A stretch of 64,000 nt of DNA from Vulcanimicrobiales bacterium. GTDB lineage: Bacteria; Vulcanimicrobiota; Vulcanimicrobiia; Vulcanimicrobiales; Vulcanimicrobiaceae. Below, one piece after another: positions 47,245 to 60,046 of this stretch. The stretch is taken from the NCBI GenBank assembly GCA_038231455.1, contig JBBRLI010000012.1:36794-100793 (forward strand), in the 5' to 3' direction. Below the pieces are notes generated by a model that saw nothing but the letters and a program-made list of their open reading frames with translations, was not told the origin of the DNA and made no database searches. The position numbers and the translations under genes are program-made. Numbering within the stretch: the first letter of the stretch is position 1; every line of letters begins with the position of its first letter.

Positions 47245-47928
47245 ATGAAGATCCTTGTCATCGAGGATGACGCTCGCCTCGCCGAAGTGATCCGGCGCGG
47301 GCTCTCGGAGAGCGGGCACATCGTCGATTGCGAATATGACGGTCCCGCGGGCGAGCACGCTGCGCGCTCTGCATCGTACGACGCCGTCATTCTCGATGGC
47401 ATGCTGCCGGGCAAAGACGGGCTCGATGTCGCGCGAAGTCTGCGCAGCGCGGGCATCGGGACGCCAATCTTGATGCTGACGGCTCGCGACACTCCCGAGG
47501 ATATCGTTCGCGGCCTGGATGCTGGAGCCGATGATTACGTCCGGAAGCCGTTTGTCTTCTCGGAGATCGAAGCGCGGCTGCGCTCCATCACCCGCCGACC
47601 GCAGACGATCGGCTCCGACATTCTCTGCATCGCCGACGTAGAACTCGACCTTGCGACGCGGCGCGTCCGCCGAGGCAGCACGAACCTTGAGCTGACGGCG
47701 CGTGAGACCGCGTTCCTCGAGTATCTCATGCGCAATGCCGGACGGTTGCTCACGCGTGCGATGATCGAAGATGCCCTCTGGGAGCGGGATCGTGAGAGCG
47801 GATCCAACGTCATCGAGGTGTACATCCGTCGACTGCGCGCAAAACTTTCTCCCAACGGTGAACCCGCGCTGATCGAAACCGTCCGACGATCCGGATATCG
47901 GTTCGGCGAATCAAACGCCGATGCTTGA
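47245..47928 (+). CDS. OmpR-family response regulator
   Basis: ILVIEDD, LDGMLP, LTARD, GADDYVRKPF, winged helix IETVRRSGY. Confidence 0.95.
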   Translation: MKILVIEDDARLAEVIRRGLSESGHIVDCEYDGPAGEHAARSASYDAVILDGMLPGKDGLDVARSLRSAGIGTPILMLTARDTPEDIVRGLDAGADDYVRKPFVFSEIEARLRSITRRPQTIGSDILCIADVELDLATRRVRRGSTNLELTARETAFLEYLMRNAGRLLTRAMIEDALWERDRESGSNVIEVYIRRLRAKLSPNGEPALIETVRRSGYRFGESNADA

Positions 47929-49327
47929 TCTCCGGACGCTCCGCGGCCGCCTCAGTGTCGCTTACGCATCTGCGCTGATCGTCGCGCTTCTGCTCTTCGC
48001 CGCGGCATCGCTACTGATCGTCGATCGAGCCCAGCGCAGTCTTCTCGATGCGAGCCTTTCCACGACTGGTACGAGCATCATCGCGGGGCTTGAGATCACA
48101 CGCGGCACCTTGGAGCTGGAGCATTCGGATCGCGAACAGTTTGCTGCGATCGTCGGGGCGCGTTCCGCGGCGATTTTCGACCTCGACGGGCGCGTTACGA
48201 TTCGTTCGAGCGCTACACTTCCGCCAGCGATCGGCAATCGCGCCCGTGCCGTCTCGACACCTACTTTTGGATACGCGTTTGTCGACCGAGACCTCATCCG
48301 GTATATCATCGTTCCGATACGAAAAGACGGTCGACCGATCGGAAGCGTTGCCGTTTGGCGCGATGTCGACGATGTGGCCCAACTCGACGGTCGACTCGCC
48401 CTCTTGTTCGCCTTCGCGATTCCGATCTTTGCCGCCGTTGCGATCCTAGCTGGCACGACCATCGCACGACGCGGACTGCGTCCGCTCGATCGCATCGCTT
48501 CAATCGCATCCGAAATCGAGGCGCACGATCTGACACAACGCTTGAATCTTCCGCAAGGCAAAGACGAACTCACGACGTTCGCCGCAGCCTTCGATCGAAT
48601 GCTCGATCGGCTCGCGCATGCCTTCGCGCGCGAACGGCGCTTTACCAGCGACGCATCGCACGAGTTCCGCGCACCGCTCTCGGTGATCCGCGCGGAGACC
48701 GACCTCGCACTCCGACGCGAGCGAACCGCCGAAGAGTACCGGCACGCACTCGATGCAATCGCCCGCGAAGCCGACGCACTCGAGGGAATGACTCGCGATC
48801 TGCTTGCACTTGCACGCGCTGAGGAAACGGACGTCATCATTGAATCCTCAGTCGATCTCAACGCCGCGATCGCTCGAACCGTCGAACGCCTCCGCGTGCT
48901 CGGCGAGCCACGCGCAATCGTGATCTCGACGTTGCTCGAAGCCCAGCCGATTGAGGCCCACCCAGCCGAACTCGAGCGCATCATTGTCTCCCTCGTGCTA
49001 AATGCAATAAAATACGCTCCGCACAATGGGCACGTCGAGGTGCGCTCGCGAACGGAGGGCGAGCGCAGCGCGCTCATCGTAGGCGATGACGGACCGGGGT
49101 TTAGCGAGGAGGCGCGGGCGCACGCATTCGAGCGTTTTTGGCGCGACGACCCATCACGGTCGCGCGATGGGACAGGACTCGGCCTCTCGATCGTGCGAGC
49201 GCTTATCGAACGAGTCGGCGGATCGATTACGCTGGCGAATGCACCGAGCGGTGGAGCGCTGGTCACCGTCCTTTTTCGTCGTACTCCGCCGCCGCGCTCC
49301 GATATTCGATCCGATTCTTCCCATTGA
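47921..49327 (+). CDS. HAMP-containing sensor histidine kinase
   Basis: Two TM helices, DASHEFRAPL H-box, NAIKY, DDGPG, GTGLGLSIV. Confidence 0.93.
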   Translation: MLDLRTLRGRLSVAYASALIVALLLFAAASLLIVDRAQRSLLDASLSTTGTSIIAGLEITRGTLELEHSDREQFAAIVGARSAAIFDLDGRVTIRSSATLPPAIGNRARAVSTPTFGYAFVDRDLIRYIIVPIRKDGRPIGSVAVWRDVDDVAQLDGRLALLFAFAIPIFAAVAILAGTTIARRGLRPLDRIASIASEIEAHDLTQRLNLPQGKDELTTFAAAFDRMLDRLAHAFARERRFTSDASHEFRAPLSVIRAETDLALRRERTAEEYRHALDAIAREADALEGMTRDLLALARAEETDVIIESSVDLNAAIARTVERLRVLGEPRAIVISTLLEAQPIEAHPAELERIIVSLVLNAIKYAPHNGHVEVRSRTEGERSALIVGDDGPGFSEEARAHAFERFWRDDPSRSRDGTGLGLSIVRALIERVGGSITLANAPSGGALVTVLFRRTPPPRSDIRSDSSH

Positions 49328-51089
49328 GTTTGGCCTGATACAAAGCCGCATCGGCGCGCGAAAAGATCGCCGTTGGCCCACGGTCATCCGGTGTGCCGAG
49401 CGCGATGCCAAAACTGCTGGTGACGGTCAGGGTGCCGGAAGGTCCAACAATGACCTCGCGCTCGATTTTGACGCGAAGGCGCTCCGCGAGGACCACGAGC
49501 GCTTCGGCACTGATGTCTCCCGAGCACAGCATACCGAATTCTTCACCACCGAGACGCGCCACAACGTCACTGGGGCGGCGCATTTGATCGCGAAGGGCGC
49601 GACCCGTCGCTCGCAGGACGAGATCGCCGCTCTCGTGTCCGTGTTCATCGTTGATTGCCTTGAAGTCATCCAGATCCAGCAGAATCAAACCATACGGCGT
49701 GCCGTCATCTTGAAGTGCCGCAAATGCAGCAGCGCTTCGCTCGGTGAACTCACGGCGGTTGCTCAGCCCGGTCAGATAGTCGGTCTTCGTTTCAAGCGAG
49801 AGGCGCGCGTTGAGCGCTTCGAGTGCCTGCTGTGCCGCTCGTAGAGGCGTGATATCCGTAACGAGGACGTAAAATCCGCGGACGCCCCCCGATTCATCGT
49901 GATCGCGGAGATACTGCGCATCGGTCATGGTCTCGGTGCCGTCCGCTTTGATCAAACGCCGCTCGAAGTGCTGTCGTTGACCGGCGAAGACGCCGCGGAT
50001 GTGCGGTTCGTTGAGTTCGAAGAGGCGCTCACCCATCAGCTCGAGCATGGTCATGCCGACGATGCGTTCGGGCGAGACGCCGAACCAAGCGCGATAGGCC
50101 TCATTGGCAAACTCGCACCGAAAGTCCGCATTCCAATAACCGATCATGGCCGGGATGCTATCGGCGATCGTGCGCAAACGGCGATCGCTCCTGCGCTGCG
50201 TGCTCTCGGATGTCAAAAGACGTTTGACATGTTCGCGCATCGCATCGTTGCTCTCGCGAAGACGTTCGGTCTGCGCGGCGACGTCGCGCTCGAGAGCCCC
50301 GCGCAGAACCGTCATTTCGACGCCGACGGCCTTCTGGACCGAGATATCTTCGATTGCTACGATCATAAAATCCGGAACTCCGCTCACCGACCGGCGCGGT
50401 GCAACCGAGAGACTGGTCCAGAGATATGTGCCGTCCTTGCACAAAAAGCGCTTCTCCATTCGGTAGCTCTTGCGGTTTCCTTCGAGCGTTTCCATGAAGA
50501 AGTGGACGTTTTGCGAGACGTCGTCGGGATGGGTAATATCGACAAACGAGATCGCGAGCAATTCTGCTTCGGAATAGCCGAGCATTTCACAGATCCGCCG
50601 ATTGACACGTATGACCTGACCCCCGAACGTCGTATGGGCTAAACCGACGGATGCAAGTTCGAACGAATCGCGGTAAAGTGCCTCGCGTTCGCTTGCGGCC
50701 ATCAGCTCGCGTACCATGTCGCGTTCCCGCTCTTCCAATCGCAGGGCGCCTTCAAGAATTGAGGCGGATTTGCCAAGCACGTCCACATCGGCGGCAGTAA
50801 AGTCACGCGGGACGGCATCAATCGCGCACAGCGTTCCGAAGGCGCGGCCGTCGATTGCAAACATTGGGATACCAATGAAGGCGCGAACGAGCGGTTCCCT
50901 CGTTACGAGGGGATCGTTGCAAAAGCGTTTGTCTTTTGTTGCGTCATTCACGACGAGCGCGGCACGCGCAGCGACCGCCTGCGCGCAAAATGCCTCGTGC
51001 GGCGGGGAGATGCGAATCAAGGGCACGTGAAGGGCCGCTCTTGCAAAATTCACAATGCGGTTGAAAACGTCCGGAGGAGGCGCCGTCAT
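49263..51089 (-). CDS. Diguanylate cyclase (GAF-PAS-PAS-GGDEF)
   Basis: GTLCAID GAF, ITHPDD PAS, DLDDFKAINDEHGH, RPSD I-site, RLGGEEF. Confidence 0.92.
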   Translation of the reverse strand: MTAPPPDVFNRIVNFARAALHVPLIRISPPHEAFCAQAVAARAALVVNDATKDKRFCNDPLVTREPLVRAFIGIPMFAIDGRAFGTLCAIDAVPRDFTAADVDVLGKSASILEGALRLEERERDMVRELMAASEREALYRDSFELASVGLAHTTFGGQVIRVNRRICEMLGYSEAELLAISFVDITHPDDVSQNVHFFMETLEGNRKSYRMEKRFLCKDGTYLWTSLSVAPRRSVSGVPDFMIVAIEDISVQKAVGVEMTVLRGALERDVAAQTERLRESNDAMREHVKRLLTSESTQRRSDRRLRTIADSIPAMIGYWNADFRCEFANEAYRAWFGVSPERIVGMTMLELMGERLFELNEPHIRGVFAGQRQHFERRLIKADGTETMTDAQYLRDHDESGGVRGFYVLVTDITPLRAAQQALEALNARLSLETKTDYLTGLSNRREFTERSAAAFAALQDDGTPYGLILLDLDDFKAINDEHGHESGDLVLRATGRALRDQMRRPSDVVARLGGEEFGMLCSGDISAEALVVLAERLRVKIEREVIVGPSGTLTVTSSFGIALGTPDDRGPTAIFSRADAALYQAKLNGKNRIEYRSAAAEYDEKGR

Positions 51090-51290
51090 AGATCGATCGG
51101 TTCGAACTTCTCAGTTTGGCCGACCGAGCGCCTCCGCTCGTTTTGGCGCGGCACACCATGAGTGTCGGCCCCGGGCCGCGCAGACTTTAGTCAAACCCAT
51201 CTGCAACCGCAGTGCCGGAGATCAATTCATCGTAGCGTCAGCACAACGGGTGATGCTTATTTTTACCATCGGCCCATCCGGGAGTATCTT

Positions 51291-51593
51291 GTGAATATCA
51301 AACGTTCGATCCTTATCGTGGCGATCGCCATCGCTATACCGACCTCCGTCTTTGCCTACACCGGCGAGCAACTCGAAAAGACCGTCAAGATAAGCGTCGC
51401 GCAAGCGAAAGCCATCGCCTTGAAAAAAGAGCCCGGCAAGCTCCTTGATATCGAACTAGAAAAAGAAAAGGGCGGCACCGGTATCCGGTACACGATGACG
51501 ATCGCCGTCAAAGGCATCAAACGCGAAGTCGGCGTCGATGCCAATACGGGTACCATTCTCGAAGATATCGTCGAAGGGAAGAACCCCGACTAG
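51291..51593 (+). CDS. PepSY domain protein, secreted
   Basis: GGAG RBS, signal peptide, ISVAQAKAIAL...PG...ELEKE...VDANTG. Confidence 0.88.
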   Translation: MNIKRSILIVAIAIAIPTSVFAYTGEQLEKTVKISVAQAKAIALKKEPGKLLDIELEKEKGGTGIRYTMTIAVKGIKREVGVDANTGTILEDIVEGKNPD

Positions 51594-53236
51594 ATATCGA
51601 CGTTCATCATGTTGTCAAATGGCGTGATCGTGTTGGGGTCGTAATTGCGTAGATCGGAATTAAACGCGAAGAGATCCTCACGGATCGAAGTCACGATGGA
51701 GGGAACATCATCGATGAACGCCTGCATTACGACCTTGACATCAGCGTTTCGCTCGGCTTGTTGATAGTGGCCGATGAATGCGTCCATCGCTCCTTGGGCC
51801 GTTTTGTTGCACCACTGCAGATTGTTCTGTCCAACGGGCGGGAACTGATCGCAACCATAGAGTCCTGAATAATCGCCGAGTGGATCGGTAGCCCACGCGA
51901 AGAGCACGACATCCCAAGAGCCGCCGTAGATGATTCCGCCCTGTTGCGCGGGTGCGAACATCTGGGCAGGCGGATAGTGCTTGGCGTGCAGATCGACACC
52001 GATTTGTTGCCAGTTGGCGCGGACGAGGTCCATTTGTTTATCGGTGTCGTTTTGACCGGCGGAGATTGCGACTGTCAAGTCGAGCCGCACTCCATTCTTT
52101 GCACGGATACCGTCAGGGCCGCGCACCCAGTCGGCTGCATCGAGTAGTGCATTCGCCTTGCCCGGATCGTACGGCGTGGTTCCAAGATCGGTATAGAACG
52201 GCGCGCTTACCGGGATAGCCGCGTCGCGCACCATTCCGACGCCGTGCAAGAGTGTTGAGACAATCGTTTGCCGGTCGAGCGCCAGCCGTAGCGCCTGGCG
52301 GACCGTCCGCTCCGCGACCGCCGCGTGCGCCAGATTGAAATCAAAGTGATTGTACGCGAAGCTTGGGCGGCGGGCGACGGAGATGCCGGGAAGTGCCGAC
52401 ACGCGATCCAGATATGCGCCGCTAAACTGGTACCAGAGATCGACGCGATGGTCGCCCAGATTCGCAAGGAGCGTGTCGCGATCGGGCACGACCTTGTACA
52501 CGATCCGATCGAGCTTCGGTCGTCCACGCCAGTAGCGCGGATTTGCCTCGAGCACGACTTGCTTCGCGCGATCCCACCGCGCGAACACGAACGGTCCGAT
52601 TCCCACCGGGAGCGCGTTGTACGGCACATCGTTGATGTTCGGGTACTGCGAGAGGAGATGCTTGGGGAGAATGCTCGGATTTGCACAGCAACTCGAGAAG
52701 AATGCCTCGACGAACGTCGCGTACGGTTTCTTCAGATGGAAGACGACCGTGAATTCGTCGGGCGCATCGACGGAGGCAAGTTGGTCGAATCGGCCGCCTT
52801 CGTTATTCGCTGGATTGTTGACCGCGTTTGCACTGAACACGACGTCGGATGCGGTGAACGGCGCACCGTCGCTCCACACGACGCCTTTGCGGAGGTGGTA
52901 GGTGATCGAGCGTCCATCTGCGCTGACTCCGCCGTTCGCCGTGGTTGGTATGGCGGACGCAAGCTCCGGATAGGGCTCATTGTGTTTGTCCCACCGGACA
53001 AGCCACGCCATCGTCATCTCCGAGAGATTCGCAACCGGCGCGTTTTGACTGAGATGCGGGTTGAGCGTAATCACGTCGCCCGCATCGGAGATCGTTAAGA
53101 CGTGCGGAGTCGTCCACATATTGTGTCGGCCATCGGACGCCCCCACGCGCGAGGTGACTGACTGAGAAGCCACAACGAGCGTGAGGACGATTGCGGACGC
53201 GAGGCATACGCGAAGCAAGGCAGCAAAAACAGTCAT
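51590..53236 (-). CDS. Peptide/nickel (SBP family 5) ABC substrate-binding protein, orphan
   Basis: TYHLRKGVVWSDGAPFTASDV, PVGIGPF, VRQALRLALDR. Confidence 0.9.
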   Translation of the reverse strand: MTVFAALLRVCLASAIVLTLVVASQSVTSRVGASDGRHNMWTTPHVLTISDAGDVITLNPHLSQNAPVANLSEMTMAWLVRWDKHNEPYPELASAIPTTANGGVSADGRSITYHLRKGVVWSDGAPFTASDVVFSANAVNNPANNEGGRFDQLASVDAPDEFTVVFHLKKPYATFVEAFFSSCCANPSILPKHLLSQYPNINDVPYNALPVGIGPFVFARWDRAKQVVLEANPRYWRGRPKLDRIVYKVVPDRDTLLANLGDHRVDLWYQFSGAYLDRVSALPGISVARRPSFAYNHFDFNLAHAAVAERTVRQALRLALDRQTIVSTLLHGVGMVRDAAIPVSAPFYTDLGTTPYDPGKANALLDAADWVRGPDGIRAKNGVRLDLTVAISAGQNDTDKQMDLVRANWQQIGVDLHAKHYPPAQMFAPAQQGGIIYGGSWDVVLFAWATDPLGDYSGLYGCDQFPPVGQNNLQWCNKTAQGAMDAFIGHYQQAERNADVKVVMQAFIDDVPSIVTSIREDLFAFNSDLRNYDPNTITPFDNMMNVDI

Positions 53237-53395
53237 CGTTCGCTCCCAAAAACAAAAAAGCCAGTGACACCCTCAGCGCACCGGCTCGCGAAACTTCTCG
53301 ACGGACAAAGCAACTAGGTTTGTATCGTGCACGAGTGGGCGGGCGTTGTCAAGCAGTGGAGCGGGTTTGGAGCGGTGAGCTACGAAGGCCGATCC

Positions 53396-53938
53396 ATGGG
53401 CATTGTATCCGTCTCTCTTCTTTCAATTGCACTCCTAGCCGCGTCGCCCGCACCGCACGGTCCACCGGCTCCCGCCGCGAAGCCCCTCAGCAGCGATACG
53501 GCAAAAATGAACGTACCATTTGCGCTGGACTTCTTCAATATTCGAATTCAGAAAATTGAGTGGATGGCTGACACCTCAGCATTCGCACAAAAAATCAGCG
53601 CGAACTCGGACGAAGGACTCGGTTCGCTCGTCATCACGGCGCTTGTGAAAGCGAACGGCAGTGAGAGCGCCAATGTCCCGACCCCAAGCTCCCAAGCGAT
53701 CTTCAAAGACGGCTCGGCCTCAAACGAAGTTTCGCTCGACCCATACACGACCACCGGGAAACAATCAAATGCGACGTATCAACCCGGCGACGGCGGCACG
53801 GTCATCTGGGTAATGCAAAACGTCGCCGCGCCAACGCAAGATAACCCGATTACGAAGATCGTATTCAAGCAGTCATACACCGATCTGAAGCCAGCGCTCA
53901 TTCGACTTCTCAGTCCACCCGTGACCATCGTCCGCTAA
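53396..53938 (+). CDS. Secreted hypothetical protein
   Basis: Hydrophobic N-terminus, Pro/Ala linker, beta-rich domain; fills the gap. Confidence 0.65.
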   Translation: MGIVSVSLLSIALLAASPAPHGPPAPAAKPLSSDTAKMNVPFALDFFNIRIQKIEWMADTSAFAQKISANSDEGLGSLVITALVKANGSESANVPTPSSQAIFKDGSASNEVSLDPYTTTGKQSNATYQPGDGGTVIWVMQNVAAPTQDNPITKIVFKQSYTDLKPALIRLLSPPVTIVR

Positions 53939-53941
53939 GGT

Positions 53942-55531
53942 CTATGCGTCGCGACGGGGACGCCGCAGGGTGAACGATTCAAATGGCGCGAGTGTTCCCC
54001 CGAATCCAACGACGTCGTAATACGTGACTTTGATCGTAGTGTACCCGCCGCTTCTGGTCCCCGGATCGAGTTGGAATTCGGCGAATCCATAGGCGTGCGC
54101 GGCGTTCTTAACGGCAGACCACGGAGCGCCTTCTTTTACGTAAACCGGCGGACGTTTTCCGGTTGCCGGATCGGGCGCACCGACCCCGGTGATCACACGG
54201 CAGCCGGGCGGATCGAAGAAGAGTTGGTTCGACGGTGCCGACGTGCCGCCGCCGCCAATGATCATATGAACGGTGCCGTTGGTCGTATCGATTATGTCGG
54301 TCGCGCTCGCTACCGCGAGTGGCGTGCGGGTGGCGTTCGTTTGCTGGCCGCGCAAGGGATGCGACCGTTCGTAATGGTGTTCGTGTCCGCAGACGACGAG
54401 ATCGACGCCGTATTTGTCGAAGAGCGGCAGCCATTCTTCGCGGATCCCAAGGTCCGCGCCGTTGAACGTATCGGCGCTCGAAATTGCCACCTGATGCATG
54501 CAGATGACGATCCAGTCGATTGCACGATCGCGCCGCGCAGCTGCCAGTTCGCGCTCTAACCACACCTTTTGCGCGCCGCCGGAATAGCCACGCACGTAGG
54601 AATTCCCACCGTCCTGATACGTGATGTCGTCGTTTGCAAGACTGATCACGCGCATCGAACCAGCCGTGAACGCATACCAGAGTCCACGTGTAAGGTCGGA
54701 TTGTCCCGCAGTTGGAGGCAACGCAAAATACGTCTGATACGCACGATAGCCGATCGGTCCGTTCCCAAGTTCGTTCTCGTGGTTGCCCGCCGATGGCATC
54801 CACGGTCGATTACGCGCGCTGCGGCTATTGTTCGACCAAAAATCCCACCACGTCCGAACACGGTCGACGGCAATGTTCGCATAGCACAGGTCGCCATTGA
54901 AGAGGTGGAATGCCGGGCGCATACGTTCGACGCCAAGGGTGACGTCGCTCGCTGCCGGCGAGCCGAGGTTGTCGTTGACGAACGGCGGATTCGGAATCGT
55001 AACGCCTTCGGGCGGAACGAACCGTTTGCCGAGCGTGGGTGTGCCTTGATCGCCGAAGCTCGTAAAAGTGAAGGCAGCCCGGCCACGCGGCAACGTGCTA
55101 AACGTGCCGAACTCCGGCTCCGCACCGTCGTGTAGCGCGGCGTACAGGTACGCGGTCGCCGGTTTCAAAGCGCCGAGGCGTGCGTGATACGCGTAGACGA
55201 CTTGCTTCGATTTTGCATCGGTGTAGCTGGTTTGGGTCGCAGCGGCCGTGCGCTCGAGCTTGCCGTCGAGACGCCCGAGCAGAACGCGGGCATGTGTTAC
55301 GCGTTCGAGCGTATGCCAGGAAACGACCATTTCCGTTGCCGCATCAGCGCCGAACTGGAGGTGCAGCCCGTGCACGGGCGGCGCCAGGATCAAATCCCGC
55401 GATCGGAGCGCGGGAGCTGCGGCCTCCGCAGCCGCTGAACCGACGAGCGACGCAGCGGCGGCGATGCCGGCAGCAGCGAGAAGTTTACGTCGGCTCAGTT
55501 CTCTACCGGATTCAGCGTCGGAGGCAATCAT
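53942..55531 (-). CDS. Purple acid phosphatase-like metallophosphoesterase, Tat signal
   Basis: SRRKLL; FGDQG, GDLCY, GNHE, MHQ, GHEHHYER. Confidence 0.9.
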   Translation of the reverse strand: MIASDAESGRELSRRKLLAAAGIAAAASLVGSAAAEAAAPALRSRDLILAPPVHGLHLQFGADAATEMVVSWHTLERVTHARVLLGRLDGKLERTAAATQTSYTDAKSKQVVYAYHARLGALKPATAYLYAALHDGAEPEFGTFSTLPRGRAAFTFTSFGDQGTPTLGKRFVPPEGVTIPNPPFVNDNLGSPAASDVTLGVERMRPAFHLFNGDLCYANIAVDRVRTWWDFWSNNSRSARNRPWMPSAGNHENELGNGPIGYRAYQTYFALPPTAGQSDLTRGLWYAFTAGSMRVISLANDDITYQDGGNSYVRGYSGGAQKVWLERELAAARRDRAIDWIVICMHQVAISSADTFNGADLGIREEWLPLFDKYGVDLVVCGHEHHYERSHPLRGQQTNATRTPLAVASATDIIDTTNGTVHMIIGGGGTSAPSNQLFFDPPGCRVITGVGAPDPATGKRPPVYVKEGAPWSAVKNAAHAYGFAEFQLDPGTRSGGYTTIKVTYYDVVGFGGTLAPFESFTLRRPRRDA

Positions 55532-55555
55532 GCTCAAAAGTATCTCGCAGCGACC

Positions 55556-56521
55556 TTATGCTTGCATCATGGGTCGGATGATCGCGGCGTCGATGGGTCG
55601 CAGGCCAGCGGGCAACTCGTTACGCAGAAAGGCGGCGATCGCCCGTAGATCGCCGGAACGGGTCTCCGTCGCACGCCAGACAAGCGCGATCGATCGGCCC
55701 GCGTGGGCATCGTCAATCTCGCGGTAGGCAATCATGCCCTGCATGCTCGTGTGCTCGGCAGCCGCGAGCAGGGGGATCGCGGAGACGCCTTCGCCCGCCG
55801 CGATCATATGCCGCAGCATCTCGAGCGAACTTGCGTAGCGGCTCTGGTTTGGAAGTGCGCGTGGTTCGCAAAGTGCGAGCGTCTGATCGCGCAGACAGTG
55901 GCCATCCTCCATCAAGAGGAGCGGACCGCGCTTGAGGTCGCGCAGACGCACGCGGTCGCGCCGCGCGAGTTCGTGGTCGCCGGGACACGCCAAGCGAAAC
56001 GGTTCGAAAAAGAGTGGCTCGGCGACCAGTCCATCGAGCGGTACCGGAAGCGCGACGAGGATCGCATCGAGTTCTCCGTGTCGGAGCATCAGAAGCAATT
56101 CGTCGGTGGTCGATTCGCGCAAACGCAGCGCGATTCTCGGAAAATGGTGACGCCCGAGCGCGATGACGGACGGCATGTAGTACGGGCCAAGTGTTGCGAT
56201 TACACCCAGACGCAGCTCGCCCGAGAGGGGCTCCGCGCTTCGGCGTGCTTGTTCGAGCAGCTGCAGGGCGTCGCCGAGCAAGGCTTCCGCTTGCGCGACG
56301 ATCGCCGCGCCGCGCACGGTGAGCTCGACTTTGCGCTTCGTTCGCTCGAAGATGGCGACGCCCAGAATCGATTCGAGTTTTTGCAGTTGTTGGCTTAGGG
56401 CCGCTTGGCTGACGCCGCACGATTCGGCGGCTCGCCCGAAATGTCGCTCGCGGGCAACGGCGACCGCATATTCGAGATCGCGCAGGGAGAGCGAGGAGAC
56501 GTTAAGCGGCCGCATGAGCAT
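55556..56521 (-). CDS. oxyR: Hydrogen peroxide-inducible LysR regulator OxyR
   Basis: LysR HTH HFGRAAESCGVSQ; GHCLRDQTLALC with both redox Cys; divergent from katG. Confidence 0.9.
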   Translation of the reverse strand: MLMRPLNVSSLSLRDLEYAVAVARERHFGRAAESCGVSQAALSQQLQKLESILGVAIFERTKRKVELTVRGAAIVAQAEALLGDALQLLEQARRSAEPLSGELRLGVIATLGPYYMPSVIALGRHHFPRIALRLRESTTDELLLMLRHGELDAILVALPVPLDGLVAEPLFFEPFRLACPGDHELARRDRVRLRDLKRGPLLLMEDGHCLRDQTLALCEPRALPNQSRYASSLEMLRHMIAAGEGVSAIPLLAAAEHTSMQGMIAYREIDDAHAGRSIALVWRATETRSGDLRAIAAFLRNELPAGLRPIDAAIIRPMMQA

Positions 56522-58860
<2,339 letters not shown>

Positions 58861-59011
58861 TCCTCGCGGCCGGCAACCGAACAAGAGCGGAGCGTCGATG
58901 ACAAATGGCGCTTCTTTTTTTTACATTTTGACACCGATGCGATATCGTTTTCGGAAATCATTCGGTCGTTGAAGAGCGAACTGATTGTCGTACCGCCGGT
59001 CTGTAATTGCG

Positions 59012-59968
59012 CTATGCGTGCGGGGTGTAGCGGGCTAAGACCTCGCGTGCACGTTCGGCAAGGCGCGTGATCAACTCCGGTGGGTCGAGCGCAATTCCGC
59101 CGGTCGACCAGCCGAACGCTTCGTGGACGGCGTGTTCGAACGACGTGAAGGCGATGCGCACGAGGTACTCGTGCGGCGTGGTGCGCGCGATCCGACGCGC
59201 CGACTCGACTTGGAGATAGACGTTGGCATTGGCCATCCCGCGGTCGTCCATGCGAAAGGTTGCAACGAACGGCGTCCCGGGCGCGACGTTGCTTGCAACG
59301 GTCGCCCAGTATTCGGCAACGTCGAATCCCGACTGTCGCCTGAATGTGCGATCGACCACGCGGACCGCTTCGATGCGCTGAACGCGAAACGTCTTCATCG
59401 TTTCGCGATCGCACGCAACGAGATACCAGATGCCGGCCTTCGCGACCAATCCGTACGGTTCGAGCGTGCGGCGTGAAGTGGCGCCGCCGCGGTCGCGATA
59501 GGTGATCCTCACGCAGCGATCGGTCCACACTGCATCGCGCAGCATCGAGAGAAACGCCGAAGGCCCCGAATTGCGCGACCATCCGCGCGTATCCACGTGA
59601 ACGCGGCTGCGTCCGTTCTCGATCGAACGGCGTGCGCGTGCGGGGAGAGCGTTTGCGAGCTTTTTCAGCGCGTTCTTGCGGTCGCTCACAAGACCCACAT
59701 CGGCGAGTACGTCATCGCTTGAAACGAAAAGCGCGCGCAACTCACCTTGATCAAAACGCGCGAGCGTATCGCGATAGGAATCGGCAAGCACGATGCCGCC
59801 CTGCGCGCCGCGCTCGGCATAGACGGGCACACCGGCTGCGGAGAGCGCGTCGATGTCACGATAGATCGTGCGCGCCGAGACTTCCAGCTTGGCGGCAAGT
59901 TCCGGCGCCGAACGCTTGCCATCGTTTTGGAGCGCGAGCAAAAGTGCGATCAGTCGATCGGATTTCAA
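59012..59968 (-). CDS. WYL-domain (YafY/PafBC-like) transcriptional regulator
   Basis: HTH_11 LEVSARTIYRDIDAL; EPYGLVAKAGIWYLVA, FRVQRI; TTG start at LKSDRL with AGGA upstream. Confidence 0.92.
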   Translation of the reverse strand: MKSDRLIALLLALQNDGKRSAPELAAKLEVSARTIYRDIDALSAAGVPVYAERGAQGGIVLADSYRDTLARFDQGELRALFVSSDDVLADVGLVSDRKNALKKLANALPARARRSIENGRSRVHVDTRGWSRNSGPSAFLSMLRDAVWTDRCVRITYRDRGGATSRRTLEPYGLVAKAGIWYLVACDRETMKTFRVQRIEAVRVVDRTFRRQSGFDVAEYWATVASNVAPGTPFVATFRMDDRGMANANVYLQVESARRIARTTPHEYLVRIAFTSFEHAVHEAFGWSTGGIALDPPELITRLAERAREVLARYTPHA

Positions 59969-59982
59969 CGCAATCCTAAACC

Positions 59983-59997
59983 TGACATTATGTGTCA
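59983..59997. promoter_or_regulatory. Palindromic operator TGACA-N5-TGTCA between the WYL regulator and the VOC gene
   Basis: TGACATTATGTGTCA in the divergent intergenic region. Confidence 0.7.
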
Positions 59998-60046
59998 AGT
60001 ATATGCGACTATACTGGAGAAAATCAAGCTTCCGAAGGAGCCCCTC

